Shown one piece after another: positions 35,110-46,011 of a stretch of DNA of 64,000 nt. The first letter of the stretch is position 1. The number at the start of each line of letters is the position of its first letter. Under the pieces are notes generated by a model that saw nothing but the letters and a program-made list of their open reading frames with translations, was not told the origin of the DNA and searched no databases. Source of the DNA: Nitrosopumilaceae archaeon. GTDB lineage: Archaea; Thermoproteota; Nitrososphaeria; Nitrososphaerales; Nitrosopumilaceae. The position numbers and the translations under genes are program-made. The stretch covers positions 416,001 to 480,000 of the forward strand of contig OZ242376.1 in the NCBI GenBank assembly GCA_965209085.1, given 5' to 3'.

Positions 35110-35342
35110 GTAGAGCGTATGCATAATGGGTCAAATTCACAATTTTTACGAATAAAAATGACCGATTTGAACGGTTATGCATACGGTTTAGTGGTTATAA
35201 ACCGGGGTGGATTAAATTCACAATCATCTAAAACAACTCGCTGCCAAAAAATATGAGATCACATCGTGTCTAGAATTTACCCAATAAATGAAAATGTGGG
35301 TACCAGATGGCACAAAGTGCTAACATTGTACTTGGAAAAAAA

Positions 35343-35353
35343 AACAGTTTTAA
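35343..35353 (+). promoter_or_regulatory. BRE/TATA element AACAGTTTTAA
   Basis: TTTTAA starts 28 nt before GTG 35376. Confidence 0.55.
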
Positions 35354-35375
35354 CACCACGCTAGTTACGCCTGAT

Positions 35376-37793
35376 GTGAAAAAAATACAAATTGCAGTTT
35401 TGGCGGCCGTGATTATTACAGCATCTGCCATAGTGGGATCTTTTGCGTTTAATGGATCGGAAATTCTCCCAACATCTTTGGATGATAAAAAATCCGATCT
35501 TCGTGCGGTAAAAATCGGTATGATTCTTCCACTTACGGGTGATTTTTCATCGTACGGTTCTGAATCATTGGAGGCTGCCTTGTACGGGATTGACCAATTT
35601 AACAAATATCTTGAATCCACCGATCAGGATTGGTATTTGGATCCTGTCGTAGAAGATACGGCGACAAATCCAGTCCAGGCGCTTGAAAAAATACAAAACC
35701 TTCGGGCAAAAAACATCGAACTTGTATTAGGTTATACCAGCGGTTCATTAAACGCAGTACAAAGTTATGCGAACAGCAACGGCATGATGGTTTTTAGCGC
35801 AGCATCTACTGCTCCATCGCTTGCGATGCCGGATGATAATATATTCAGACTGACATCTGATGACAGACAGCAGGCAAAAGCGCTTGCATCTCTTTTAAAA
35901 AATCAGGGAATAAAAGTGGCAGTTACCGTATGGAGGGCAGATACGTACGGCGACGGTTTGAGTGAGAATTTCAAAACATCTTTTGCAAATGACGGCGGTA
36001 TTGCAGACGAGGGTATGCGATACAACCAAGAATCATTGGAATTTTCAGTCGATGCGGACATACTGAATTCCCGTGTTATATCGCTGATAGATGAACATGG
36101 CGCAGACAATGTAGGAATAGTTTTTATCGGATTTGCCGAAACAGTACAGTTTATGCAGTCTGCATCGCAGTATGATGCGTTAAAAAACATAAGATGGTTT
36201 GGTTCTGATTCCATCTCGCAGGAACACAAGATAATCGACGATGCAATAGCTGGACAATTTGCCGAAGACATCTCCCTGACTACGACCATAGTGGGATTCC
36301 CATCAACGCCTACATCCGAGATGCTTGATGCACATATGGTTGAAACACTGGGAAGAATTCCAACTACATTTGCAAAAACCGCATACGATATCATGTGGCT
36401 GTACGGTCTGGCAATATCCGAATCCGGTAGCGACAGATCCTCTGACGTGCTACCCATAATGCACAAGATTGCATCAGAATACTCTGGAGCGATAGGTCCG
36501 ACAATCCTCAATGAAAACGGAGATTTGGCCTCTGGTGATTATACAATACATGCCGTATCTGACGGGGATTGGGTATACCGTGGCACGTATTATAGGAACG
36601 GTACAATTATTCTGGACGGTGATCAAACAGAAATGGATGCGATTATGGCTACAAAGGGATTGCTTTCCGGTCCTGTAAAAATAGGACTACTCTCACCCAT
36701 ATCTGGATCACTGTCAGGATACGGTGAGGAAACCCGAGTTGGTTCAATATATGGTGCTGAAAAGTTCAACGAATATTTGAAATCTATCGACGAGGACTGG
36801 TACATGGAGATCATATCCGAAGACACTGCGACAAATCCGGTACAGGCACTTGAGAAAATCCAAATTTTGAATGCGAAAAATATCCAGCTTGTCATGGGTG
36901 CCACTACAAGCGCTTCTACAAGTAACATCAGACAATACGTGGACAATAACGGAATGCTCTTGTTTGCATGCTGCTCATCGGCACCGTCTCTTGCAATATC
37001 TGGCGACAGCATATACCGACTTGCACCTGACGACAGAAATCAGGCAAAGGCGCTGGCTGCCATAATGAAAGACAGAGGTGTAGAGGCATACGTGCCAATA
37101 TGGCGCGGCGATCCGTATGGGGATGGCATAAACGACAACCTGGCAACATATTTTGAGAATGGCGGCCAGTTACAAGAAAAGGGCATACGGTACAGTCCTG
37201 AAATAAGGGATTTTTCAGTGAAATCATCCGTACTGGCAGACCGAGTATCTGAATTGGTGGCAGAATACGGGGAAGACAAAGTCGCAGTGGTGCTTACCGG
37301 ATTTGGAGAGTCATTACAGCTAGTCCAATCTGCAAACTCTTACGAAATTTTGCGCAACGTGCAGTGGTTTGGAACAAACTCGCTTACCCATTCAAGCATA
37401 TTTCAAAACGATCCGATAGCAACGGATTTTGTCCAGGACGTAAACTTTACGGCATTGATTGTAAAACCCGAATCGACTAGTATTGGTGATGAGGTTACGC
37501 AACACGTTGTGGAAAAAATAGGCAGAAATGCAAGCATGTTTGTTCTCTCCTCATATGATATATCCTGGATTTACGGTACGGCGATACTGCAAGCCCAGAG
37601 TGATAGGGCATCTGAGATTAAACCAATTTTGGAACAGGTGGTATCTGAATACATCGGGGCATTGGGTACAATAAATCTGAACGAATACGGTGATATAGAA
37701 TCCGCTGATTACGTAATATCTACAATAATAGATGCAAACTGGGTGGATGTGGGGGTATACGGAATGGATGGAAACCTTGTATGGTATCCCTGA
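35376..37793 (+). CDS. Tandem two-domain LivJ/K-like substrate-binding protein
   Basis: Two complete repeats of the domain in 33404-34681 (EDTATNPVQALEKIQ occurs twice). Confidence 0.88.
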   Translation: MKKIQIAVLAAVIITASAIVGSFAFNGSEILPTSLDDKKSDLRAVKIGMILPLTGDFSSYGSESLEAALYGIDQFNKYLESTDQDWYLDPVVEDTATNPVQALEKIQNLRAKNIELVLGYTSGSLNAVQSYANSNGMMVFSAASTAPSLAMPDDNIFRLTSDDRQQAKALASLLKNQGIKVAVTVWRADTYGDGLSENFKTSFANDGGIADEGMRYNQESLEFSVDADILNSRVISLIDEHGADNVGIVFIGFAETVQFMQSASQYDALKNIRWFGSDSISQEHKIIDDAIAGQFAEDISLTTTIVGFPSTPTSEMLDAHMVETLGRIPTTFAKTAYDIMWLYGLAISESGSDRSSDVLPIMHKIASEYSGAIGPTILNENGDLASGDYTIHAVSDGDWVYRGTYYRNGTIILDGDQTEMDAIMATKGLLSGPVKIGLLSPISGSLSGYGEETRVGSIYGAEKFNEYLKSIDEDWYMEIISEDTATNPVQALEKIQILNAKNIQLVMGATTSASTSNIRQYVDNNGMLLFACCSSAPSLAISGDSIYRLAPDDRNQAKALAAIMKDRGVEAYVPIWRGDPYGDGINDNLATYFENGGQLQEKGIRYSPEIRDFSVKSSVLADRVSELVAEYGEDKVAVVLTGFGESLQLVQSANSYEILRNVQWFGTNSLTHSSIFQNDPIATDFVQDVNFTALIVKPESTSIGDEVTQHVVEKIGRNASMFVLSSYDISWIYGTAILQAQSDRASEIKPILEQVVSEYIGALGTINLNEYGDIESADYVISTIIDANWVDVGVYGMDGNLVWYP

Positions 37794-37901
37794 TTGCCCG
37801 CACCGCCAAAATTATGACCCAGTTTGGCATTTTTGTGAATATATACACAGCCTGCCGCACCGTGTATTCTTAACACTTAAAATTACAGCAAATGCGAATT
37901 A

Positions 37902-39593
37902 GTGGGTAATATGGAAACAATGTCCGGATCTGCAGCGCTAATGCGGTCGATGAAAAAAGAAGGCGTAAAACAAGTGTTTGGATTGCCAGGGGGGGCGAAT
38001 CTGCCCATGTATGATGAACTGTTCAAATCCGATATCCGGCACATACTGGTAAGGCACGAACAATCCGCCGCCCATATGGCAGATGGATTTGGCAGGGTAA
38101 GCCGCAAACCGGGAGTCTGCTTTGCAACTTCAGGACCTGGTGCCACCAACATACTGACCGGCTTAGCAACGGCCCAGGCTGATTCTGCACCAATGGTGGC
38201 AGTGACAGGACAGGTTCCGGTAAAAATGATTGGACGCGATGCATTTCAGGAAAGCGACATTATAGGAATGTCAAACCCGGTAGTAAAATATGCGTTTCAA
38301 CCAAGAACACCTGAAGAAATACCGCTTGCTGTACGGCGCGGATTTTATATTGCTGAAACCGGACGGCCAGGTCCTGTTCTACTGGATATTCCAAAGGACG
38401 TGCAGCAAAATGAGGCACCCATGGAGTTTCCAGAAGAGTTTCAGATGAACGGATATAATCCGTGGACGGATCCGGATGTGGTGGGAATTGAACGCGCAGT
38501 GGATCTGCTTTTGTCTTCTGAAAAACCCATAATATTGGCCGGAGGTGGAACTATAATTTCTTCAGCATTTGCAGAACTACAGGCGGTTGCAGAGATGCTT
38601 GGCATGCCCGTTGTTACGACATTCAAAGGCAAGGGGGCGTTTCCAGAAAACCATCCGCTTTCCATGGGGCCTATAGGAATGCACGGACATGCAGAAGCCA
38701 ATAAAATAATGACCGAAGCTGACTGTGTGTTGGCTGTGGGAACCCGATTTTCTGACCGTTCAGTGGGAACTGCGGAAGAATTTGAAAAACGCCTTAAAAT
38801 CATACATGTGGATGTGGATCCAGCAGAAATAGGAAAAAATCAGACTGCCAACGTAGCTGTGGTTGGAGATGTACGCGCATCCTTGCGCATCATGCTCTCG
38901 ATTTTGGCGAGAAAGGCAAAACGCGAAGATACTCTCTGGCGCAAACACGCGTATGAGCTAAAATCATACTGGAAGGACAATCTCAAAATACATCCCGGAG
39001 AGATGAGTGCAGCCCGCATACTGCGCAAACTGCGGGAAATTTTACCAAAAGAATCCATAGTGACTACCGAAGTGGGACAACATCAGATGTGGGCATCACT
39101 GTTCTTTGATGTGATACAACCTGGCACATTCTTTAGCTCTACGGGACTTGGAACCATGGGGTGGGGATTTCCTGCCGCCATAGGTGCCAAAGTGGCCAAA
39201 CCTGACGTACCGGTGGTGGACATTGCCGGTGACGGAAGCTTTAACATGACTGAAAACTCGCTTGCCACCTCTGTACTAGAGGACATACCGGTGATTGTAT
39301 TTTTGGTGAACAATTTCACACTTGGAATGGTGGCGCAATGGCAGAGAACGTTCTATGATCGGAGGATGATTGGAGTTGATCAAAAACACTGTCCAGATTA
39401 TGTAAAACTGGCCCAGTCATACGGGGCACAGGGTACAAGGGTGCAGTCCCTTGACGAGCTTGGCTCTGCATTAAAAGAGGCCTTAAAGTGTGACGTGAGC
39501 ACGGTGATAGACATTCCAATAGATCCAGAAGAGGATGTACTGCCGTTTGTGGCCCCTGGAACCCCGCTAAAGGACATGATCCTTCCCTCGTAG
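37902..39593 (+). CDS. ilvB: Acetolactate synthase large subunit
   Basis: FGLPGG, RHEQ, TSGPGATN, VGQHQMW, GDGSF...NN TPP motif. Confidence 0.95.
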   Translation: MGNMETMSGSAALMRSMKKEGVKQVFGLPGGANLPMYDELFKSDIRHILVRHEQSAAHMADGFGRVSRKPGVCFATSGPGATNILTGLATAQADSAPMVAVTGQVPVKMIGRDAFQESDIIGMSNPVVKYAFQPRTPEEIPLAVRRGFYIAETGRPGPVLLDIPKDVQQNEAPMEFPEEFQMNGYNPWTDPDVVGIERAVDLLLSSEKPIILAGGGTIISSAFAELQAVAEMLGMPVVTTFKGKGAFPENHPLSMGPIGMHGHAEANKIMTEADCVLAVGTRFSDRSVGTAEEFEKRLKIIHVDVDPAEIGKNQTANVAVVGDVRASLRIMLSILARKAKREDTLWRKHAYELKSYWKDNLKIHPGEMSAARILRKLREILPKESIVTTEVGQHQMWASLFFDVIQPGTFFSSTGLGTMGWGFPAAIGAKVAKPDVPVVDIAGDGSFNMTENSLATSVLEDIPVIVFLVNNFTLGMVAQWQRTFYDRRMIGVDQKHCPDYVKLAQSYGAQGTRVQSLDELGSALKEALKCDVSTVIDIPIDPEEDVLPFVAPGTPLKDMILPS

Positions 39594-39604
39594 GTGTATG
39601 TGAA

Positions 39605-40096
39605 ATGTGGTCCATACTCTCATTGTTGGTTGAAAACAGACCCGGCGTGTTATTCAAAATTACAAACATGTTCCGCGCGCGCAACTTTAACATAGACAGC
39701 ATATCTGTTGGAGTCACATCAAATCCGGAATTTTCCCGCATGACAATAACCACGTATGGGGATGAAAAACAGGCAAATCAAATACTAAAACAGCTGAATA
39801 AAATGATAGACGTGACAAAAGTGGAATTACTTGACAAGCATCATGCAATATATCGGGAGCTGGTTCTCTTTAAAATTAAAATATCAACTTCAGAGGAGAG
39901 CAGAAAAATAAACGATCTTGCAAAAGCGTACGATGGAAAAATACACGCTGCGCGCAAAAACTCAATCATTGTGGAAATGACTGCAACACCGGATCAGATA
40001 AACGCCTTTGAAGATTTGGTAAAGCCGTTTGGAATACTGCAGACTGCCCGGACCGGAATATCTGCATTATTGCGCGATAATGGGGATAACTCTTGA
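39605..40096 (+). CDS. ilvH: Acetolactate synthase small subunit
   Basis: ENRPGVL...RNFNIDSISV...SRMTI...KQLNK...REL...RTG. Confidence 0.93.
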   Translation: MWSILSLLVENRPGVLFKITNMFRARNFNIDSISVGVTSNPEFSRMTITTYGDEKQANQILKQLNKMIDVTKVELLDKHHAIYRELVLFKIKISTSEESRKINDLAKAYDGKIHAARKNSIIVEMTATPDQINAFEDLVKPFGILQTARTGISALLRDNGDNS

Positions 40097-41601
40097 ACGT
40101 GCGCATATTTGACACCACGCTAAGGGATGGCGAGCAAACCCCTGGAGTCTCGCTCTCACCGCAGCAAAAACTTGACATTGCACAAAAGCTTGACGATCTG
40201 GGCGTGGATGCAATAGAGGCCGGATTTCCTGTCATATCCAAAGGCGAGGCTAAGGCAATCAAAATGATATCCTGCGCCGGACTTGAAGCGCAGGTGTGCG
40301 GACTTGCCCGCGCAAACAGGGCCGATATTGATGCAGTAGCTGATACTGGATTGCAATATGTGCATACGTTCATTGCCACATCTGACATTCATCTTGAATA
40401 CAAACTTCACATGAGCCGCGATGATGCGCACGATAGGGCAGTTGATGCAGTAGAATATGCAAAATCGCGCGGAATGCAGGTTGAATTTTCAGCCGAGGAT
40501 GCAACCCGGACTGATCGAGACTTTTTGCGCCGCATCTTTGTGGATGTGACCAAAGCCGGAGCTGACCGTCTGGACATACCTGATACTGTGGGATATTCAA
40601 CGCCCCAGTACTTGGCCCAAATCGTAAGGGAGACAATTGATTCTACAAAACTTCCGGTCAGCGTACACTGCCACAACGATTTTGGACTTGCGGTGGCAAA
40701 CGCCATATCCGGTGTGCAGGCGGGAGCCGAATGCGCGCACGTGACAATAAACGGAATCGGCGAGAGGGCCGGTAACACCTCGCTTGAGGAATTTACAATG
40801 GCGCTAAAATGCCTGAACTTTGAAAAAGAATGGAGCACGAATATAAAATCCGAAATGCTCTACGATATTTCGCGGTACGTATCCAAAATTTTTGGAATAC
40901 CCGTGCAGCCAAACAAATCAATCGTGGGCGAGAATGCGTTCGGACACGAATCAGGAATACATACGCACGGGGTTTTGAATAATCCCCTCACATACGAGCC
41001 CATAAAACCCGAGCTTGTCGGACGACGGCGTTCGATGAAGGTTGGAAAACACGCAGGAATGCACGGCATGCTTGCAATACTGGCTGAATTTGGAATAAAT
41101 CCGGACAAAAACGAATCTGAGGAAATCCTAAAGCACGTAAAACAGGTGGCCGATACGGGCAAAAAAATAACCGATGTCGAGCTGGCATCTGTTGCAATAA
41201 AACAAATGGGTGCTGAATCCTCACGCAAAACTGTAACCCTTGCCGGGCTGGAGGTATCAACCGGACTTGAAGCTGTACCCCGCGCAAAAGTAACACTTGA
41301 GATCGGAGGTCAGGAGCACACCGGCAATGCCGAGGGCGTGGGACCGGTGGATGCGGCCCTTAATGCCATACAGAAAATAACCGGCGAGACATCAAAGGTG
41401 CGGATAACCAAATACAATCTTGATTCAATTTCTGGCGGCTCTGGCGCAATGTGTGAGGTTACAGTAGAGGTCGAAGATGCCACATCGCATACAATATCTG
41501 CAAGGCACGTGGGAAAGGACATTGTCACCACGAGCGTAGAGGCTGTCCTTGATGCCATAAACCTGATAATGCTCAAAAATACAAGGGATCTAAATGTATG
41601 A
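40093..41601 (+). CDS. leuA: 2-isopropylmalate / citramalate synthase
   Basis: DTTLRDGEQ, HCHND, GERAGN, HESGIH, C-terminal GVGPVDA regulatory domain. Confidence 0.85.
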   Translation: MNVRIFDTTLRDGEQTPGVSLSPQQKLDIAQKLDDLGVDAIEAGFPVISKGEAKAIKMISCAGLEAQVCGLARANRADIDAVADTGLQYVHTFIATSDIHLEYKLHMSRDDAHDRAVDAVEYAKSRGMQVEFSAEDATRTDRDFLRRIFVDVTKAGADRLDIPDTVGYSTPQYLAQIVRETIDSTKLPVSVHCHNDFGLAVANAISGVQAGAECAHVTINGIGERAGNTSLEEFTMALKCLNFEKEWSTNIKSEMLYDISRYVSKIFGIPVQPNKSIVGENAFGHESGIHTHGVLNNPLTYEPIKPELVGRRRSMKVGKHAGMHGMLAILAEFGINPDKNESEEILKHVKQVADTGKKITDVELASVAIKQMGAESSRKTVTLAGLEVSTGLEAVPRAKVTLEIGGQEHTGNAEGVGPVDAALNAIQKITGETSKVRITKYNLDSISGGSGAMCEVTVEVEDATSHTISARHVGKDIVTTSVEAVLDAINLIMLKNTRDLNV

Positions 41602-42610
41602 GATATCAATGATAACTGGCGATGGAATAGGTCCAGAGCTTGCAGATTCTGCCTCTGCTGTAATAAAAACACTGGATGAAAAACTTGGAATAAAAATCAC
41701 CCTTGCAAAGCTTGCAGCCGGCGATGCGGCCCTAAAAGATCTTGGATCAGCTCTGCCAAAAGAGACCCTGGATAGTATAAAAAATTCCGATGCGTGCCTA
41801 AAGGCGCCCGTGGGGGAGAGTGCTGCAAAAGTAATAGTCGTATTGAGGCGCAAACTTGACCTGTATGCAAACCTGCGTCCTGCAAAATCCCATCCTGGAA
41901 CTGCGGCATTGCGCGATGACATTGACCTGCTGGTGGTGCGCGAGAATACTGAAGATCTTTATTCCGGACACGAAATTGACCTGGGCGATTCTGCAGTCGC
42001 ACTGCGCATAATTTCAAAAAAAGCATCACTGCGCATTGCAAAAAACGCATTCGAGTCAGCAGTGCGCCGCTCAAAAGAAAACCCGCTTGTAACGTGCGTC
42101 CACAAATCAAACGTAATGCCCATAACGGATGGAATATTCCGCAACGCCTGCTCGCAGGTTGCAAAAAAATATCCAAATGTGCGCCTTGAGCAAATGTACG
42201 TGGATGCGTGCGCCATGAACCTCATACGCCGGCCGCATGAATTTGACGTCATTGTAACAACAAACATGTTTGGCGACATACTCTCAGATGAGTCATCGCA
42301 GATTGTAGGCGGGCTTGGAATGGCACCGGCTGCAAACGTCGGCGATGACTTTGCACTCTTTGAGCCAGTACACGGGGCAGCTTTTGATATTGCCGGAAAA
42401 CAGGAGGCAAACCCATCCTCTTTCATACTCTCAGTAAAAATGATGCTAGAGTGGCTCTCATCAAAGCACGGCGATGATGCATGCCATACGGCTGCATCAA
42501 AGCTTGAAAATGCCGTATACGGGGCCGTACGGGACGGGGCAAAAACTGTGGATATTGGCGGCTCGATGAGCACAGTTGAATTTACCGGCGAGGTATTGCG
42601 CAGAATCTAG
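41594..42610 (+). CDS. leuB: 3-isopropylmalate (isocitrate/isopropylmalate family) dehydrogenase
   Basis: GDGIGPE, RENTEDLY, HKSNV, NMFGDILSD, FEPVHGAAFDIAG. Confidence 0.85.
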   Translation: MYEISMITGDGIGPELADSASAVIKTLDEKLGIKITLAKLAAGDAALKDLGSALPKETLDSIKNSDACLKAPVGESAAKVIVVLRRKLDLYANLRPAKSHPGTAALRDDIDLLVVRENTEDLYSGHEIDLGDSAVALRIISKKASLRIAKNAFESAVRRSKENPLVTCVHKSNVMPITDGIFRNACSQVAKKYPNVRLEQMYVDACAMNLIRRPHEFDVIVTTNMFGDILSDESSQIVGGLGMAPAANVGDDFALFEPVHGAAFDIAGKQEANPSSFILSVKMMLEWLSSKHGDDACHTAASKLENAVYGAVRDGAKTVDIGGSMSTVEFTGEVLRRI

Positions 42611-43887
42611 GGCCGGAGCCTGTCCGGATCCCTTGGGTATAGCACACTCTCGCGTACATTATCCGTTCCTGTCAGCACCGATACAAATCTGTCAAGTCCA
42701 AGCCCCCATCCTGAATGTGGCGGCATGCCCCACTCAAATGTCTCAAGATGATCCGCGAAATTTTCCGGATTCAAACCCTGCTCTATCAGACGCTCTTTGA
42801 TTGCCTCAGGATCATGCAGCCGCGTTCCCCCAGATGAGAGCTCCAAATGCCCAAACTGCAAATCAAAAGAGCGCGAGAGCTCCCCCTCTTCGTCTTTTTC
42901 GCGTATGTAGAAAGGTTTTAGCTTTAGCGGCCAGTCTGTTAGAAAATAAAATCCCGGATGGATTTTACCGGCGGTGCGAAGATGCGCATCCTGCAAATCA
43001 TCTCCGAATTTTAAATCCTCCCCCTCTGACTGTAACTCCTCTACCAGCTGCGAGTATGTCACCTTTTCAAATGGCCCCTTTGGAGGCGTAATCTGCATAC
43101 CTAGCGCCTTTTGTTCAACGGTACAGTTTTCTGACACGTACGAATACGCACAAAGTACAATTTTTTCAAGCACGTCCATTACATCCGTATAATCCATGAA
43201 TGCCGCTTCAATATCTACAGAGGTAAATTCTGTCAGGTGCCTTCCCGTGTGGGAGTTTTCTGCGCGGTAAAAATTTGCAATCTCATATACGCGCTCAAGC
43301 CCGAGCGTCATCTGCTCCTTGTACAGCTGCGGACTTTGTGCCAGGTATGCTGTCTCTCCAAAGTATTCAAGCGAAAACAGGTTTGCTCCACCCTCGCTTG
43401 CACTCGCAATAATTTTTGGAGTGGTTATCTCTAAAAATCCCTCCTTTTCAATCGTATCCCGTATGGAATGCAGCGCATGGTGTCTAATTTTGAATATGGC
43501 CGCAGTCTTTTGATTTCTCATGTCAAGTGCCCTAGCATTAAGCCTGTTGTCTATGCCGCTTTCTTGCCGTCCAAGCGGGTCAACTGGCAGTTTGCGCGAT
43601 GCTTGCGCCAAAACGGTTATCTTTTTTGCCACCACCTCGTAATCATAATCGCGCGCCTTTGTCTCCTGTACCGTACCTGTTACTGCCAGCACGCTCTGCC
43701 GTGTCAGATCTTCCGGATACATCTGCCCGCGCACGACAATCTGTGTAATGCCCGTGCGGTCCCGGAGGGTCAGAAACGAGATTTTTGCCATCTTTCGTAT
43801 ATCCTCAACCCAGCCGCCAAGTCTTACATCAGATCCTACCTTGTCTTTACCAATATCTGCAATATCATCTGACTTGCCAAATCCCAT
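42607..43887 (-). CDS. aspS: Aspartyl-tRNA synthetase (archaeal type)
   Basis: OB-fold GWV..FLTLRD; SEGGA, LAQSPQLYKE, YRAENS, ELSSGG.R, PPHSGWGLGLDR, YPRD. Confidence 0.95.
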   Translation of the reverse strand: MGFGKSDDIADIGKDKVGSDVRLGGWVEDIRKMAKISFLTLRDRTGITQIVVRGQMYPEDLTRQSVLAVTGTVQETKARDYDYEVVAKKITVLAQASRKLPVDPLGRQESGIDNRLNARALDMRNQKTAAIFKIRHHALHSIRDTIEKEGFLEITTPKIIASASEGGANLFSLEYFGETAYLAQSPQLYKEQMTLGLERVYEIANFYRAENSHTGRHLTEFTSVDIEAAFMDYTDVMDVLEKIVLCAYSYVSENCTVEQKALGMQITPPKGPFEKVTYSQLVEELQSEGEDLKFGDDLQDAHLRTAGKIHPGFYFLTDWPLKLKPFYIREKDEEGELSRSFDLQFGHLELSSGGTRLHDPEAIKERLIEQGLNPENFADHLETFEWGMPPHSGWGLGLDRFVSVLTGTDNVRESVLYPRDPDRLRP

Positions 43888-43968
43888 AATATCGGTGGGT
43901 AAAATTCGTTTTATTGAATATTTGCATTGTAGGCAAAACAAAAATTGCCCCATACAGCAGCATCTCAC

Positions 43969-44907
43969 ATGGGTCTTGAGGTAAAGGGACTCTCTGTAGA
44001 GTATGAGGCAGAGGGGCGGAAAATTTACGCGCTTGAAAACGTCACATTTGAGATAAAGGACGGCGAATCAGTCGGCATTGCCGGTGAGAGCGCGTGCGGC
44101 AAAAGCACGCTTGGCAGGGCAGTACTGCGCTCCTTGGACGGGGGCAAGGCAACCTCCGGTTACATCTACGTGGACGGGCAGCAGATTCTTCTCATGCCCG
44201 AGGATGAGTTTGACTCTAAATACCGCTGGAAGATAATCTCAATGGTATTTCAGGCAGCGTCAAGCTCACTTGATCCGGTATTTTCAATAAAAAAACAATT
44301 CCATCAGATACTGCAGCGTCACAGCTTTAAAGGGAACCGCGATGAGATATCTGCTGCATCCTTAAAGTCAGTCGGCCTTGATGCAAACGTGCTTGAAAAA
44401 TTCCCGCACGAGCTGAGCGGGGGAATGAAACAGCGCGTGGCAGTGGCGATGGCCACGATACTTTGTCCAAAACTGATAATTGCAGACGAGCCGACCACCG
44501 CACTTGATGTCATACTGCAGGCGCAGATTGTAAACCTTTTCAAAGATCTTAAAAAACGCGGCGTCTCCATACTGTTCATCACACACGATCTGTGCGTACT
44601 CTCTGAAATTGCCGACAAGATTGGAATAATGTACGCCGGAGAAATGGTGGAGTTTGGAAATTTGCGCGACGTATACGAGAACCCTTTGCATCCGTACACT
44701 GCAGGACTTTTAAAATCAGTACCACGGCTTGATGGAAAAAAACCCGAATTCATACCGGGAGTGCCGCCGGATCTTTCAAACCCTCCGAAAGGATGCAGGT
44801 TTGCCAGCAGGTGTCCAAAAGTAATGGAAAAATGTTCAACAGCTTCGCCGGATTTTCACACAAAATCCGGATTTGTAAAATGCTGGCTGTATGATCCAAA
44901 AAAATAG
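43969..44907 (+). CDS. Peptide/nickel ABC transporter ATP-binding protein (DppD/OppD-like)
   Basis: GESACGKST, PHELSGGMKQR, IIADEPTTALD, HPYT, C-terminal Cys cluster. Confidence 0.92.
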   Translation: MGLEVKGLSVEYEAEGRKIYALENVTFEIKDGESVGIAGESACGKSTLGRAVLRSLDGGKATSGYIYVDGQQILLMPEDEFDSKYRWKIISMVFQAASSSLDPVFSIKKQFHQILQRHSFKGNRDEISAASLKSVGLDANVLEKFPHELSGGMKQRVAVAMATILCPKLIIADEPTTALDVILQAQIVNLFKDLKKRGVSILFITHDLCVLSEIADKIGIMYAGEMVEFGNLRDVYENPLHPYTAGLLKSVPRLDGKKPEFIPGVPPDLSNPPKGCRFASRCPKVMEKCSTASPDFHTKSGFVKCWLYDPKK

Positions 44908-44908
44908 T

Positions 44909-45283
44909 CTATGAATGTTTTCTGACCAGACGCGTGCACGTATCTATGATTCGTAAAACTTCGGTGCGGACAACTTTTCTGTCAATTGAAACCCATATGG
45001 TAATTTTTTTTATGGTAAATGCAATCGTCTGCACTTTTTCACGCTCCTCCCAGACAAATTCAACATTGCCCAGACTTTTGTCAAAAAATGATTCCATGTC
45101 ATTTTTGAGGGCAACCTGGGAAAAATGATATTTTGTACTGTTTTCATCCATCATGGGCTTTAGATTCTGTCTTCTTTTGTACGCCAAAAGCTCGCCCTTT
45201 GATCCTATTGCCCCTGCAAACCTGACATGCGGACTAGATCTTGTTATAATGTCCAGTATCTCCCCGTACTTTCTTTGCGTCAT
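44909..45283 (-). CDS. DUF6659-like protein
   Basis: VRFAGAIGSKG...FDKSLGNVEFVWEEREK; ATG at 45283 preferred. Confidence 0.7.
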   Translation of the reverse strand: MTQRKYGEILDIITRSSPHVRFAGAIGSKGELLAYKRRQNLKPMMDENSTKYHFSQVALKNDMESFFDKSLGNVEFVWEEREKVQTIAFTIKKITIWVSIDRKVVRTEVLRIIDTCTRLVRKHS

Positions 45284-45378
45284 CAAATATTCGTATATTT
45301 GGTGGTTTTTAACAATTTCCAAAAATCCCCCTCGTGCATCTCTTATGATTAAATAGTTCGTGAGTAGATGCACCATTA

Positions 45379-46011
45379 ATGGACATTACGGATCTGCTCC
45401 CGTTCTCCCCCCAGGTAGGATACGTGGGTCTTGCATTGGTCAGTTTTTTTCTCTCACTCATCCCGTTTGTACCCCTGCCCTCTTTTGCATTTCTTGCAAC
45501 AATGTCTGCCGGCGATACGTACAATCTGCACCTGCTGGCCGTAATATCTGCTGTATTTGCCGCAACTGCAAAACTGTTCATCTTTTACATCGGGTATAGC
45601 GGCAGGCGCATTATGAAAAAATCAACGGTCAAAAGAATGCGTCCAATTGAGAGGGTGGTGAAAAAATACGGGGCAGCAGCTGCATTTATCGCAGCTGCAA
45701 CTCCGATACCTGATGATCTGATATACATCCCACTGGGTCTTGCGCGTTACAATCCTTTGCGGTTCTTTCTTTACACGCTTGCCGGAAAATTTGTAATTTC
45801 ATATGTGACGATAATAGCTGCACACCATCTTGGTCCGTCCGTTTTGGGCGGACTCACCGCGCGCATTGACAATTCCACGGATGTGTACATTGCAGTCGGA
45901 TTTCTGGTGGTAATACTTGGAATCATAGTGGCACTGATGATTTTTATCGACTGGACAAAAATCATCGGGCGGTTTGCGCCCTGGGCGCTCGAGGATGAAG
46001 AAGACAAGTAA
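45379..46011 (+). CDS. VTT/DedA (SNARE-associated) membrane protein
   Basis: IPFVPLP, AATPIPDD, PLGL...FFLYTLAGK. Confidence 0.82.
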   Translation: MDITDLLPFSPQVGYVGLALVSFFLSLIPFVPLPSFAFLATMSAGDTYNLHLLAVISAVFAATAKLFIFYIGYSGRRIMKKSTVKRMRPIERVVKKYGAAAAFIAAATPIPDDLIYIPLGLARYNPLRFFLYTLAGKFVISYVTIIAAHHLGPSVLGGLTARIDNSTDVYIAVGFLVVILGIIVALMIFIDWTKIIGRFAPWALEDEEDK

